In this document: positions 36,072-46,533 of the stretch, piece after piece
Numbering within the stretch: position 1 is the first letter of the stretch
Layout: every line of letters begins with the position of its first letter
Assembly: GCA_010909165.1 (NCBI GenBank)
Contig: MU008160.1
Coordinates: forward strand, 1,178,001-1,242,000
Source: Anthoceros angustus
Lineage: Eukaryota; Plantae; Anthocerotophyta
Direction of reading: 5' to 3'
Length of the DNA stretch: 64,000 nucleotides
Position numbers and translations under genes: made by a program
The notes under the pieces: generated by a model
The model's input: the letters and a program-made list of their open reading frames with translations, nothing else
Databases searched by the model: none
Told to the model about the DNA's origin: nothing

Positions 36072-38210
36072 ATGCAGGGTGTCCTGGACACCTCGCAGGC
36101 TGCAAATGTGAGCTCGGGTGGCCCGATTATGTGGAGTACTGGCAAGGCGTGGCTGAGGAGCTGGAGAGCGCACACCACGGCCTTCTCGACCTGTTCCTGC
36201 CGCCGCTCGCAAGCTGGAATCGAATCGGCTGGGGAGCTGTTTCCGTGGGGCAACAGGAAGGCCCTGCTGCATTCGGTGCATTGCGATCCGGACTTCAGGC
36301 ACAGCGTCTCTGGCAACTCATGGGCCCGGGAGGTGCAGGCCAGCGTTTCAGGCCGGGGAGGAGACAGCGGCGCAGAAGCTTCCAGGAAGCATCTGGGCTC
36401 TGTGGGGAGAAACCTGGCGGAGGGTAGAAGGCTGCACACCGGGATCGGGAGAGCCGGTCTGGATGGGGACCAGGAGCTCGGGGGCGCGGTTGTGGGCATG
36501 CTTGTCAAGTGCGGGAGCGGGAGCGGCAGGGGGGCGTACAGGATTTCGGAGGCGGACTGGACAGGGCTCATTTCGGGGTACGCCAAGCAGGGCCAGAATC
36601 ATGACGCGGTGGACGCGTACGAGAAGATGCAAGAGGCTGGGGTGATGCCCACCTCGTTCACCTACTGTGCGGTGCTGAAGGCGTGTGCTGGGCTGAAGGA
36701 TTTAGGGCTGGGGAAGCAGGTGCACAGGGATGTGGTGCGGAATGGGTTCGAGGCGGACCCGTTTGTGGCGCCCGCTCTGGTGACCATGTATGCGAAGATC
36801 GGGAGCTTGGTGGATGCGTTGGAGGTGTTTAATGCGAGCCCGAAGGAGGGGAATGTGTTTTTGTGGAACACTATGATTGCTGGGTATCAGCAGCATGGGT
36901 ACGGGACGGAGGCGTTGCAGCTGTTTGGGAGGATGCAGGAGCAGGGGGTGGTGCCCAATAGGCATAGCTATGTGCATGTGCTGCGGGCGTGTACCAGCAT
37001 AGGAGCTGTGAGCGAGGGGAGGAGGGTGCATGAGGGGATTACGAGTACTGGGCTGCATTCTGATCCTATCGTAGGGGCTGCGTTGGTGGAGATGTATTCG
37101 CAGGCTGGGCAGATGGGGGATGCCAAGAAGGTGTTTGATGAGTTGCCTGCGAGGACGGTGGCCGCTTGGAATACCATGATCAGGGCCTTCGGTCAGAATG
37201 ATGACCCTATGAAGGCTTTGCAGTGCTTCTACGACTTGCAGAAGCAGGGGTTGAGGCCGGACGGGCAGACGTTCATTGCGCTGTTTGTGACGTGCAGCCA
37301 CCAAGGGCTGGTGAAGGAGGGAAGGAATTTCTTCAGGGTCATGACTGAGGAGTACGGCATAGCTCCCACACTTCAGCACTTCACCTGCATGGCAGACCTT
37401 CTGGGCAGGGCCGGCCACTTGAAGGAGGCGGAACATATGCTGAAGACCATGCCGTTTGTGCCCACTATCGTGGGCTGGACCTCCCTGCTCAGTGCCTGCA
37501 GCAGGTTTGGGGAGCTGGAGATCGGAAGGCGGTGCTTCGATAATGTGGTGAGGATGGATCCTAGCAATGCGTCTGGGTACCTGCTCATGTCCAGGCTCTA
37601 CACCGCCGTCGGGATGAAAGAGGAGGCATACAGGATAGACAGGCTGAGGAGATCTGCTGGTGCAAAGAACTATCCAGCGAGTGTCTTGATTCACGTCAAC
37701 GACGGAGTGCATGAGTTTCTGTCTGGCGGGGGATCCAAGAACCATCCCCTGTTCAGACAACTCCAGGAGAAGGTCATCAGCGTGACAGAGAACATGAAGC
37801 GTCTTGGGTTCGACGTGGGGGACTCCCCAGCGTATTCTCGACAGCCACCTCCAGAGCCCTCCTTCTCCGATTCGCCCTCTTCGCCCTCGTCGCCACTATC
37901 TGAAGCTGATCACAAGGCTGTGGCGGAGTACAACAGGGCCATGGGGCCCATAGTGGGGCGCAAGAAATCCAACAGGCTTAGGATGTGCGCGAGCTGCCAC
38001 CAGTGGGTCAAGGTCCTCTCCTTGACAGAAAAGCGGGAGGTCATCATGCGTGATGGATACCGCACCCACCACTTCAAAGACGGCATGTGTTCTTGTAAAG
38101 ATCACGACTACGGGACTATTCAGGGGACTGTTTTGGAGATGACTCATGATAGCTGCGCGCTCAACAAGAACGTGAGCAGCTACCGCTATTCATTTCAGGC
38201 TCCGCAGTGA
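36072..38210 (+). CDS. PLS-class PPR protein (about 9 motifs, E1, E2) with a divergent KP-like DYW domain lacking the HxE catalytic motif
   Basis: Intact ORF; KNYPASVLIHV; Pro/Ser-rich insertion; HKA in place of HxE; LRMCASCH; HHFKDGMCSCKDH; C-terminal extension of about 30 aa. Start codon uncertain. Confidence 0.9.
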   Translation: MQGVLDTSQAANVSSGGPIMWSTGKAWLRSWRAHTTAFSTCSCRRSQAGIESAGELFPWGNRKALLHSVHCDPDFRHSVSGNSWAREVQASVSGRGGDSGAEASRKHLGSVGRNLAEGRRLHTGIGRAGLDGDQELGGAVVGMLVKCGSGSGRGAYRISEADWTGLISGYAKQGQNHDAVDAYEKMQEAGVMPTSFTYCAVLKACAGLKDLGLGKQVHRDVVRNGFEADPFVAPALVTMYAKIGSLVDALEVFNASPKEGNVFLWNTMIAGYQQHGYGTEALQLFGRMQEQGVVPNRHSYVHVLRACTSIGAVSEGRRVHEGITSTGLHSDPIVGAALVEMYSQAGQMGDAKKVFDELPARTVAAWNTMIRAFGQNDDPMKALQCFYDLQKQGLRPDGQTFIALFVTCSHQGLVKEGRNFFRVMTEEYGIAPTLQHFTCMADLLGRAGHLKEAEHMLKTMPFVPTIVGWTSLLSACSRFGELEIGRRCFDNVVRMDPSNASGYLLMSRLYTAVGMKEEAYRIDRLRRSAGAKNYPASVLIHVNDGVHEFLSGGGSKNHPLFRQLQEKVISVTENMKRLGFDVGDSPAYSRQPPPEPSFSDSPSSPSSPLSEADHKAVAEYNRAMGPIVGRKKSNRLRMCASCHQWVKVLSLTEKREVIMRDGYRTHHFKDGMCSCKDHDYGTIQGTVLEMTHDSCALNKNVSSYRYSFQAPQ

Positions 38211-38968
38211 CCTCTGAAACACTAGTCTTGGCAAGGATGGTTTAGAATGCCTCAAATCCTGGCACAAATTGTGTTCTCGAACGTGTACAAATAAACATTC
38301 CTACCAAGCAGTGTTCTGCAGTGAACTGTGAGGAACGTGGCTTGGCAAGGGTGGTTCACAGAGTGCCTCATTTTCTCATCGCAGGGTCTGGCACCAAGTG
38401 TATGCCTGGTGTGCAAATATACCTGGAGCAAGCAATTGTTCCCTCATTCACCATTCACCCCTGATGTCTGCAAATAACATATGTAGCAGTCAGCTGTTCC
38501 TCCATTCACCTATTCACCTACTACCTATCCTCCATTCACCTAAACAAATGGCACCCTTAAAGTAGGTGTAACAACTAAAATAGGTGGATACATAAATTAT
38601 AATAAATAAATTAAACAATATTAACTTATTATCTTTACTCCAATTCTTGAAAGAAAACTTTGTAATAGGGTACCCTTTCATCTCAAGTTTTAATTTCTTG
38701 TGTATTGTAGGTATGTTTTTCTTGTTGTATTTGCTGATTGTAATAGTATAGCTTGTTCTGTTTGCAATCTTTCAATCATGTGAATTCAAGATGTACTAGT
38801 TAATCTATTTTTGTGATAAGATATTTTTATTTTATTTCTATAGGTAGTCTTAGGTATAGAATGGTTACACATGTTCTTCCTTTGAAAGCTCAATTCATTT
38901 AGAAATTATGAAAAAGTTAAGGTATCAATCTACATACCAAGAAATATTGACTCAAACTCCTAGAGTTG

Positions 38969-40387
38969 ATGACCTCGATGGCAATGTTTACATACTTTTT
39001 TCATATTCTGATTCTAGTAGTCATTATATGTACAAATGTACATGCTCTTGAAAGGTCTTTTGAGCATGGTGGTTCATCTTTGAATGAAAATGAAGTTCTC
39101 TTTGAAAGTGATGTAAAGGATATCTTTGATGCATGGATAACAACCTTTAAGAGAAACTATATCAAGAATCCAAAAGAAAAAAGAATCAAATTCAACATAT
39201 TTAAAGATAATTTCTGGTATGTCTACGAGCACAATATAAAACATGAAAAAACTTATTCTCTACGTTTGAATAAATTCGCTGATCTTACTAATGAAGAATT
39301 TAGGTTGCGTTTTGTTGGTCCACGATTGAATAGATCATTAAAAGCTTTTCAAAATCACACTAAAAGCTTTATGTATGAACACTCTAGCATACCAAAGTCA
39401 ATAGATTGGAGGGAAAGGGGAGCAGTAACTCCAGTTAAGGATCAAGGTCCTTGTGGAAGCTGTTGGGCCTTTTCCACAGTAGGTTCTGTAGAGGGAATAA
39501 ATCAGATAGTGACAAATGATCTCGTAAGTCTTTCAGAGCAAGAGCTTGTTGATTGTGACACTACTATCAACCAAGGGTGTAATGGGGGTCTTATGGACTA
39601 TGCATTTCAATTTATAGTTAAAAATGGTGGTCTTAGCACTGAGGAGGATTATCCTTATATTGGAGTTGATGGAAAATGTCAAACAAATGAAACCAATAAA
39701 CAATTGGTGACAATAGATGGTTACGAAGATGTACCATTAAATGATGAAACCGCTCTTTTAAAAGCTGTAGCTAATCAACCAGTAAGTGTAGCAATAGAAG
39801 CGGGAGGACGAGATTTTCAATTTTACTCTAGCGGAGTATTCACAGGGATTTGTGGAACAAATTTAGACCATGGGGTAACTGCTGTAGGGTATGGAACTGA
39901 TACTAGTGGGATGAATTTTTGGATTGTAAAAAATTCTTGGGGTAAAGATTGGGGAGAAAATGGATATATTAGGTTGGAACGTGACACCAGTACAAAATCT
40001 GGAATATGTGGTATTAATGTGGAGGCTTCCTATCCTGTGAAACAGAAGTCTCCTCCATTTTCAATTCGATCTTTAAGACTAAGTTCTTCTATACCATTTC
40101 GTGACCAAATTTGTGACACAAAACATACTTGTCCAGTAGGAAATACTTGTTGTTGCACACAACTTAGTGCGAATAGAACAAGTAAATGTAGTGCATGGGG
40201 TTGTTGTGCTTTAGAATTTGCTTCTTGTTGCGATGATCATATTCATTGTTGTCCACAAGCATACCCTGTTTGTGATGTAAAGGCTGGACTTTGTTTGAAA
40301 CCCTCTAGAAATCTAAGTGAAGGTGTTATGGTTTGGAGGAATACAAATCTAGATGAGCCCTTGTCAACTTTTAGCTGTCCTTTATGA
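38969..40387 (+). CDS. RD21: Papain-like cysteine protease (C1A) with I29 prodomain and granulin domain, RD21-like; intronless and AT-rich
   Basis: Signal peptide; ERFNIN-like EKRIKFNIFKDN; QGPCGSCWAFS (catalytic Cys); LDHGV (His); KNSWG (Asn); Cys-rich granulin WGCC...CCDDHIHCCPQAYPVC. Confidence 0.93.
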   Translation: MTSMAMFTYFFHILILVVIICTNVHALERSFEHGGSSLNENEVLFESDVKDIFDAWITTFKRNYIKNPKEKRIKFNIFKDNFWYVYEHNIKHEKTYSLRLNKFADLTNEEFRLRFVGPRLNRSLKAFQNHTKSFMYEHSSIPKSIDWRERGAVTPVKDQGPCGSCWAFSTVGSVEGINQIVTNDLVSLSEQELVDCDTTINQGCNGGLMDYAFQFIVKNGGLSTEEDYPYIGVDGKCQTNETNKQLVTIDGYEDVPLNDETALLKAVANQPVSVAIEAGGRDFQFYSSGVFTGICGTNLDHGVTAVGYGTDTSGMNFWIVKNSWGKDWGENGYIRLERDTSTKSGICGINVEASYPVKQKSPPFSIRSLRLSSSIPFRDQICDTKHTCPVGNTCCCTQLSANRTSKCSAWGCCALEFASCCDDHIHCCPQAYPVCDVKAGLCLKPSRNLSEGVMVWRNTNLDEPLSTFSCPL

Positions 40388-40639
40388 TTTTATGAGTAAA
40401 ATCATAAATTTAAGCAACCATTTTCATTTGGTATGAGAAAACCTTTAACCAATACAATAAGTTTATTTTAAAAATATTTTATATTCTTAATAAAATTTTA
40501 TATTCTATTTTTAAATCCCCTGCATTTTGGAGGTATTCATCTCGGGTGTAGAGGAGGGGGTTTTTCCCCTGCATGTGTCCTTAAGGTCGGCTAAGGGCCT
40601 TTTATCGTCTCTGGTCAAGTGGGCTTCAAGCCTCTCTCC

Positions 40640-41113
40640 TGAAGAAGCACTATAGGCAGTTGCACAGCAAGCTCTTCTTTTGGATTCTTCAATTGCTCAA
40701 CCCACTCAAGCTCGTCTCCGCTCGTATTCAGGAAAGGGAGTAGGTGCCTGGCTTCTGGCCTGACCTTGCATCTCAGCCTTCTCATTCGCACCGGCTTCTT
40801 GGCTTCTTTTTCTACCGCGATGAGGTTCTGCCTAGGCTTGGTCCAACCTCTGGCCTATTCTCTCACAAATAGCTTTCTTCCGGCAACAAATATCCATTGC
40901 TCTACAAAGGGTGTTGGCAAACGCAATTTTTAGAACAGCTTCGAACACAGGGAACGTAGCATCTTCAGCTCGGCGGTTAATAGGCCCTTCCTTATTCCAG
41001 ACTATGAGGTAGCTTTAGCGTAGACATTCGGGGGGCCTGGTCCCCCTTAGTATGGGCCCTTTAGGGGGTTGTTCCCTGTCACCCCAATGTAGATGGGACT
41101 TCCCATCTCTACA
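40640..41113 (+). mobile_element. 5'-truncated, internally deleted copy of the REL-type LINE family
   Basis: ARLRSYSGKGVGAWL and FFRQQISIALQR match 26.7-28.5 kb; ends in a hairpin at 41088-41113. Confidence 0.65.
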
Positions 41114-41469
41114 TATTTAGAAAATCTACACATTTTATTCTTATATATTTGAAATAGTTTTTTATATTATATTTGCATATAATATTTTGTTACAAAGGTG
41201 TACATATAGGTTGGTACCTAAAAAATATGTGAAGTTGTAGAGATAAGAATCAATCTATCTTAATAACGAAATGATATAAAATATTTTATATTGAGTTTAA
41301 AAATAGACCTAAAAAATTAATTTTATCCACTGAGGTTATTGAGTCTTTTTTTTTTTTGTGCATTAACGAGTCAATTAACGAGGGAGCCAGGTCTGTGAGG
41401 TCGTGAATCCTAAACTTCAACTTTTTGCGCAAGTAGGATCCTAGATTTTATTCAGAGTTGTGTGGAATG

Positions 41470-42125
41470 TTACGATGAATTTAGAAATGGTGCTTTTGAC
41501 CACTTTGGTTAGACAGTATTAGACTTTTTCAGGGGTGTGTTAAATGCTAGGAGGAATTTAGAAATGGTGATTTTGACCACTTTGGTTACACAGTAGTAGA
41601 CTTTATTCAGAGGTGTGTCGAATGTTAGGACGAATTTAGAAATGGTGCTTTTGACCACTTTGGTTACCAATACTGTGTCCTCATCCTGTGACATTACTAA
41701 TGTTTCTTTTGCATCTAACAATACTTTGTCCCCATACTCCAACATAAATAATATTTCCTTCATATTTAATGTGTCCCCTGCATCCTCTAACATTATTCAT
41801 GTTTTCTCGGCATCTACTTATATTGTATCCGAGGTTATGCTCTGACATCATCTATGTTGCATCTACAAATACTATGTCCCCATGCTCTAGATCTAACACC
41901 ATTAATGTTTCTTCTACATTTACCAACATTATGTCTACAAATAATGTGTCCTCATACTCTAGATTTAACACCATTAATGTTTTATCTATATCTAGCAACA
42001 TTATGTCCCTATCCACTAACCACATTAATGTTTCCTCCACCAACTTTTTGTCTCTATCTTGAAACTTTATAAATGTATCATTAATGTTTCCTCTACCAAC
42101 TTTGTGTTTGTATCTTGAGACTTTC
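41470..42125. repeat. AT-rich degenerate tandem repeats (about 78-bp unit x3, then about 70-bp degenerate units)
   Basis: GAATTTAGAAATGGTG...GACCACTTTGGTTA x3; TAACACCATTAATGTTT-type units follow. Confidence 0.75.
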
Positions 42126-42934
42126 ATTTACCAACTGTATGTTTTTGTCTTATCTTTTCACTATTTTAATCAAAAATATGTTTTTTTCTTTGATCCAAAG
42201 TATTGAGATTTCAGACTTAGGTAGATTCAATTTGAGTATTGAAACCTAAGGAGATTCAAGCTGGTGAAGTATAAATGGATTACATGCATACATACATAGA
42301 CATCTTTGGGAGTTATTTTATTTACTAAGTTTATTTTATGTTTTTAAAAATTTAATGTTATAAATTGAATAAACAACACCTCCTACGACGAAGGGAAGGG
42401 TGATACGTGGCAAACAACACACAACCTAAGATCACGTCAATCATTCCTGACACTTGACTACACGATCTAATATAGCAATCTCATACAAGATAAATATATA
42501 TTAGCAGGCCTTCAAGTGACCTGCCATACGTGTTTAGTGACGAATCCTAGATGACCCTCTACGTACTACATATCCATATTCTTATTCATACAATGTACAC
42601 ACTACCAGAGTCTACATACACAAAATACACACTAAAGTCATCAAACTACGAATGCCTTCTAGCTACTGACCTTGACTGAAGACGAAGCTCACATCTAGCT
42701 CTCTCCAAGCTCTCCACAATGCTATCGAAACAAAGAATGATGTATTCTTAAGAACTCGGCCATTTAAATCCCGCAAGCTCACCCTATTTGGACAACTGGT
42801 ATCCCAAACTTCTAGAGAGCACGCGCGGATACTCTATGGTAGTTAGTTTATGTAGGGTGGATATATGCTTTCTAAAGAGTAACGAAAGGACACATTGCAA
42901 GCTCTGCTTTAAGAAAGCATGCATCCGACCTCTT

Positions 42935-43235
42935 AGTGTGTGTCCAAATGGCTTAGGCCAAATGGACACACATTTATAAGAACGCCATTATTAAGCATCC
43001 CGCGCTTAGATCGGTACTTACATGGAGTGCCTAAAGGGAGTGGATGCCCTTGGTGCAAGTAGCTTGGGCACACCTTAGTACAAGTTGTTAAATACCAAGT
43101 TCCATGCGCTTAGATCGGTACTTAGATGGGGTGCCTAAATGGAGTGGATGCCCTTGATGCAAGTAGCTTGGGCACACTATGGTACAAGTTGTTAAGTACT
43201 AAGTCCCATGACAGGAAAATTCTGTCCAAGTGGAC
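42935..43235. repeat. Dispersed repeat (probable non-autonomous TE) with an internal ~105-bp duplication; second copy at about 51125-51300
   Basis: CCAAATGGCTTAGGCCAA...CTTAGATCGGTACTTAGATGGGGTGCCTAAA shared with 51.1 kb. Confidence 0.8.
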
Positions 43236-44159
43236 TAAAATATAATCTTCTTTTTTTCCTTCTTCTTAGTCCCGACTTCAATATGCAGCTAACATGGTAG
43301 CTTCTACACGAGTAATTTTTAATATCATTACTCATTGTTTTTTTTGATTTTTTATCTTTTCTAGAAGAAGACGAAGAAGAAGAAGTCTGTAACTAGAACC
43401 GTTACAAAATGCATTCTTTACATGTATATGCTCCGTTACAAAATGCATTCTTTACATGTATATGCTGGACTCTCATGCGAGTGACCCGGTTTTCAACTTT
43501 CAACCCAAACGAGAGATTCCTTGGTCAGCGGGTTTGGCATGCATCTAAGAGGTTATCAACCGGGACATACGGTGGATCGAGTCCCCCAATCACGTAATAT
43601 ACCATAAAATAAAACCTAAACTCTGACGAAGGTAACTAATGAACCTTATCTCACGAAGATAAGTGGACCTAAACCTTTTTTGGTGTGAATTATTGGATTA
43701 TTTGTTGGCTAAAACAACTCTGACCAATTACCATATCTCGAGGGACACAAGTTCCTAGATTCTTATTGAGCCAACTTCCATCCATACTAGGGAATTATTA
43801 TTAAATAGTAAATTAACAACCATGTTATCACAAGATAGCAGGAACTTGATATCCTTAACCAAAGAAGTATCCACTGTATTAATCAAGTAAACTATATATC
43901 ACTTATTTAAATTATGTATAGGTATTCTTCATTATGTAATTTTAATGTTTCAATTAAGGTGGTGAAGAGAGAGTGTCATGCTGGGATGTGCACGGGGCTT
44001 CGTACCACACGAGCTGTACGGCGAGCAGGCGCTTTTACTTCCTGATGAGATTTAGATATGTACTGTGAACTACCATTCTTCTTTACCCCGCATGTAAGCG
44101 ATCCTAGTCACCAGTCACCCCAGACGGACAACCAGCCCGTCCCTTTTGGGGTCTAGAAG

Positions 44160-44330
44160 TTGGACAACAAAACGTCCCCACAAAATTCCTACCTTCCCCA
44201 CAAATGAGAAACCGCACGGCAAACGTTAGAGAAAGAAAACCGCGCGGTCGTAAAAAGGTCCCCACAAGATTCCTACCTTCCCCACAAATGAAAAAGCGCA
44301 CGGTAAACTTGAGAACGAAAACCGCGCGGT
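44160..44330. repeat. ~82-bp direct repeat x2 upstream of pyruvate kinase
   Basis: CCCACAA.ATTCCTACCTTCCCCACAAATGA...AAAACCGCGCGGT occurs twice. Confidence 0.8.
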
Positions 44331-44638
44331 ACAGGATTAGGGCTCATGGCCCGAAATAGCACGTAGGTGAAAAGAGGTAAAAGCCCAATCTCAAGAAGAA
44401 GCATGTCACGCGACTGTGCACTCGGATGTCTTGGATGCCTCGGCAATGACCACCAGGGCAGCCCAAGCCTACCTGTAGCACATTTCCAAGCGCCTCCTTC
44501 ATTTGCAATAGGATCAGTGCAGAATAGAGTTGCTGCGCCTGCTTCAGGTTCCCAGCAAAGTGGGTCGCCTACTGATCCGGTATTTCTTCAAAGGTGAGCA
44601 GTCCCTTCCGTCGTACATCGAGCAAGACGCCATCCAGG

Positions 44639-46231
44639 ATGCATCCGGCGCACTTGCAGCTGCAAGGCCCGCTCCGCCTGGGCTCCATACTTGAGACCTC
44701 CGCCGTGAACCCTTACCCAGCCCTGACCAAGGTGATCGGCACCCTGGGCCCCAAATCCCGGTCGCTGGAGATCATCGAATCCCTGCTGAAAGCGGGCATG
44801 TCCGTGGCCCGCTTCGACTTCTCCTGGGGCAGCCATGAATATCACCAAGAAACCTTGGCCACGCTCAGAAAAGCCATCCACAACACGAAGCGCCCCTGCG
44901 CGGTGATGCTGGACACCATCGGGCCAGAGCTGCAGATCCTGAACAAAAAAGAAAAGCCTGTGTCCTTGAAGGCAGACGCCACGGTGACGCTCACGCCGGA
45001 CAGGAAACGTGAACCCTCCTCACAGATCCTTCCTGTCAACTACGATCACTTGGCCAAGTCGGTGAAGCCAGGGGACGTCATCTTCGTCGGGCAGTACCTC
45101 TTCACCGGGAGCGAAAACACATCCGTCTGGCTGGAAGTGGTGGAGACCAAAGGGAAGGAGGTGATCTGTAAGGCCAAGAACAGCGCAACCCTGGTGGGCA
45201 GCGTCTTCACAGCCTACGCCTCCCAGATCCACGTCACGCTGCCCACGCTGAGCGAAGGGGACAAGGAAACCATTCAAACCTGGGGCGTCCCCAACAACAT
45301 CGACTTCGTCTCCGTCTCCTACACCCGCCAGGCCGAGGACATCCGGGAAGCCAAAGCCCATCTTGCCAACCTGGGAGCCAGCCAGATCCAGGTGTACGCC
45401 AAGATAGAAACCGCCGATGGGCTCCGGCACTTCGACGAGATCCTCAAGGAGTGCGATGGCGTTATCCTGTCCCGGGGCAACCTGGGGATCGACCTGCCGC
45501 CGGAGAAGGTGTTTCTCGTCCAGAAAGCAGTGCTCCACCGATGCAACATGGCAGGTAAGGTGGCCGTGATCACCCGCGTCGTCGACTCCATGGTAGAGAT
45601 TCCCCGGCCGACCAGAGCCGAGGCCACGGACATCGCCAACGCCGTGCTGGACGGTGCGGACGGCATCCTGCTGGGAGCCGAAACCCTAAGAGGCCTGTAC
45701 CCTGTGCAGACCATCGCCACCGTGCAGCGCATTTGCGCTGAGGCGGAGAAGGTGTACAACCACAACGTGTACTACCGGCAGGCAGTGCTGGCTGCCGGAG
45801 AGCCCATGAACCATTTGGAATCCATCGCATCCTCCGCAGTGCGAGCTGCCACCACCACAAATGCTTGCATGATCGTGGTACTCTCCTACTCCGGCAAGGC
45901 GGCTCGCCTGGTGGCCAAGTACCGGCCGCCTGTGCCAATCCTGGTGCTGCTCATCCCCAAGCCTGAGACGCCCTCCCCTGCAGCCATAACCTTCAACGGG
46001 ACCTTCCAGTTCAGGCAGTGTATGGCAGTACGCGGCCTGATGCCACTGCAAGCCGAAGGGCAGAACCTTGCCCCACTCACCTCCGCCGACCTCTGCCTCA
46101 AAGCTGCCATTGAGCATGGGAGAGCGGCCGGTATAGTGAAATCCCATGCCAAGGTCGTGGTGTGCCAGAAAGCCGGGGACTCGTATGCCATGAAAATGGT
46201 TGATCTTGACAGCAACCAGGAAACATTCTAG
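44639..46231 (+). CDS. PK: Cytosolic pyruvate kinase (plant clade with ARFDFSWG / SRGNLGIDL), single coding exon
   Basis: [83 protein letters not shown] at 44639. Confidence 0.95.
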   Translation: MHPAHLQLQGPLRLGSILETSAVNPYPALTKVIGTLGPKSRSLEIIESLLKAGMSVARFDFSWGSHEYHQETLATLRKAIHNTKRPCAVMLDTIGPELQILNKKEKPVSLKADATVTLTPDRKREPSSQILPVNYDHLAKSVKPGDVIFVGQYLFTGSENTSVWLEVVETKGKEVICKAKNSATLVGSVFTAYASQIHVTLPTLSEGDKETIQTWGVPNNIDFVSVSYTRQAEDIREAKAHLANLGASQIQVYAKIETADGLRHFDEILKECDGVILSRGNLGIDLPPEKVFLVQKAVLHRCNMAGKVAVITRVVDSMVEIPRPTRAEATDIANAVLDGADGILLGAETLRGLYPVQTIATVQRICAEAEKVYNHNVYYRQAVLAAGEPMNHLESIASSAVRAATTTNACMIVVLSYSGKAARLVAKYRPPVPILVLLIPKPETPSPAAITFNGTFQFRQCMAVRGLMPLQAEGQNLAPLTSADLCLKAAIEHGRAAGIVKSHAKVVVCQKAGDSYAMKMVDLDSNQETF

Positions 46232-46533
46232 GTGAGTGTCAAAATTTCGATTCACAATTCACAAACAAACTCTTCCAGAGCTCCAGCGATGTCTCGCCAG
46301 CCCAAATAGGTAATATACATAATTCGCCCAGACTGTAGGGTCACTCAGCCCACAACATCACCCAGCGAAGCAGCAGATGGGACCTCCGATCTACCCCTGT
46401 GTGGACACATCAAGCTGTTCTGCTGCGAGCAATGTCCAGAACGTGGCATCCTTTGTTTCTTCTAGCTATACAGTTGGTACCGAACCTGGAACTCTTTTAA
46501 GAGCATTTGGCAATCTCTAAATATCTCAATACT

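Noticed and set aside
32976-37760. Long antisense ORFs (372 aa and 352 aa) inside the PPR genes
   Set aside because: Typical antisense shadows of GC-rich coding sequence.
38430-44000. TIR pair enclosing the AT-rich protease island
   Set aside because: Only weak similarity between the ends and no TSD found; a Pack-element boundary cannot be supported.
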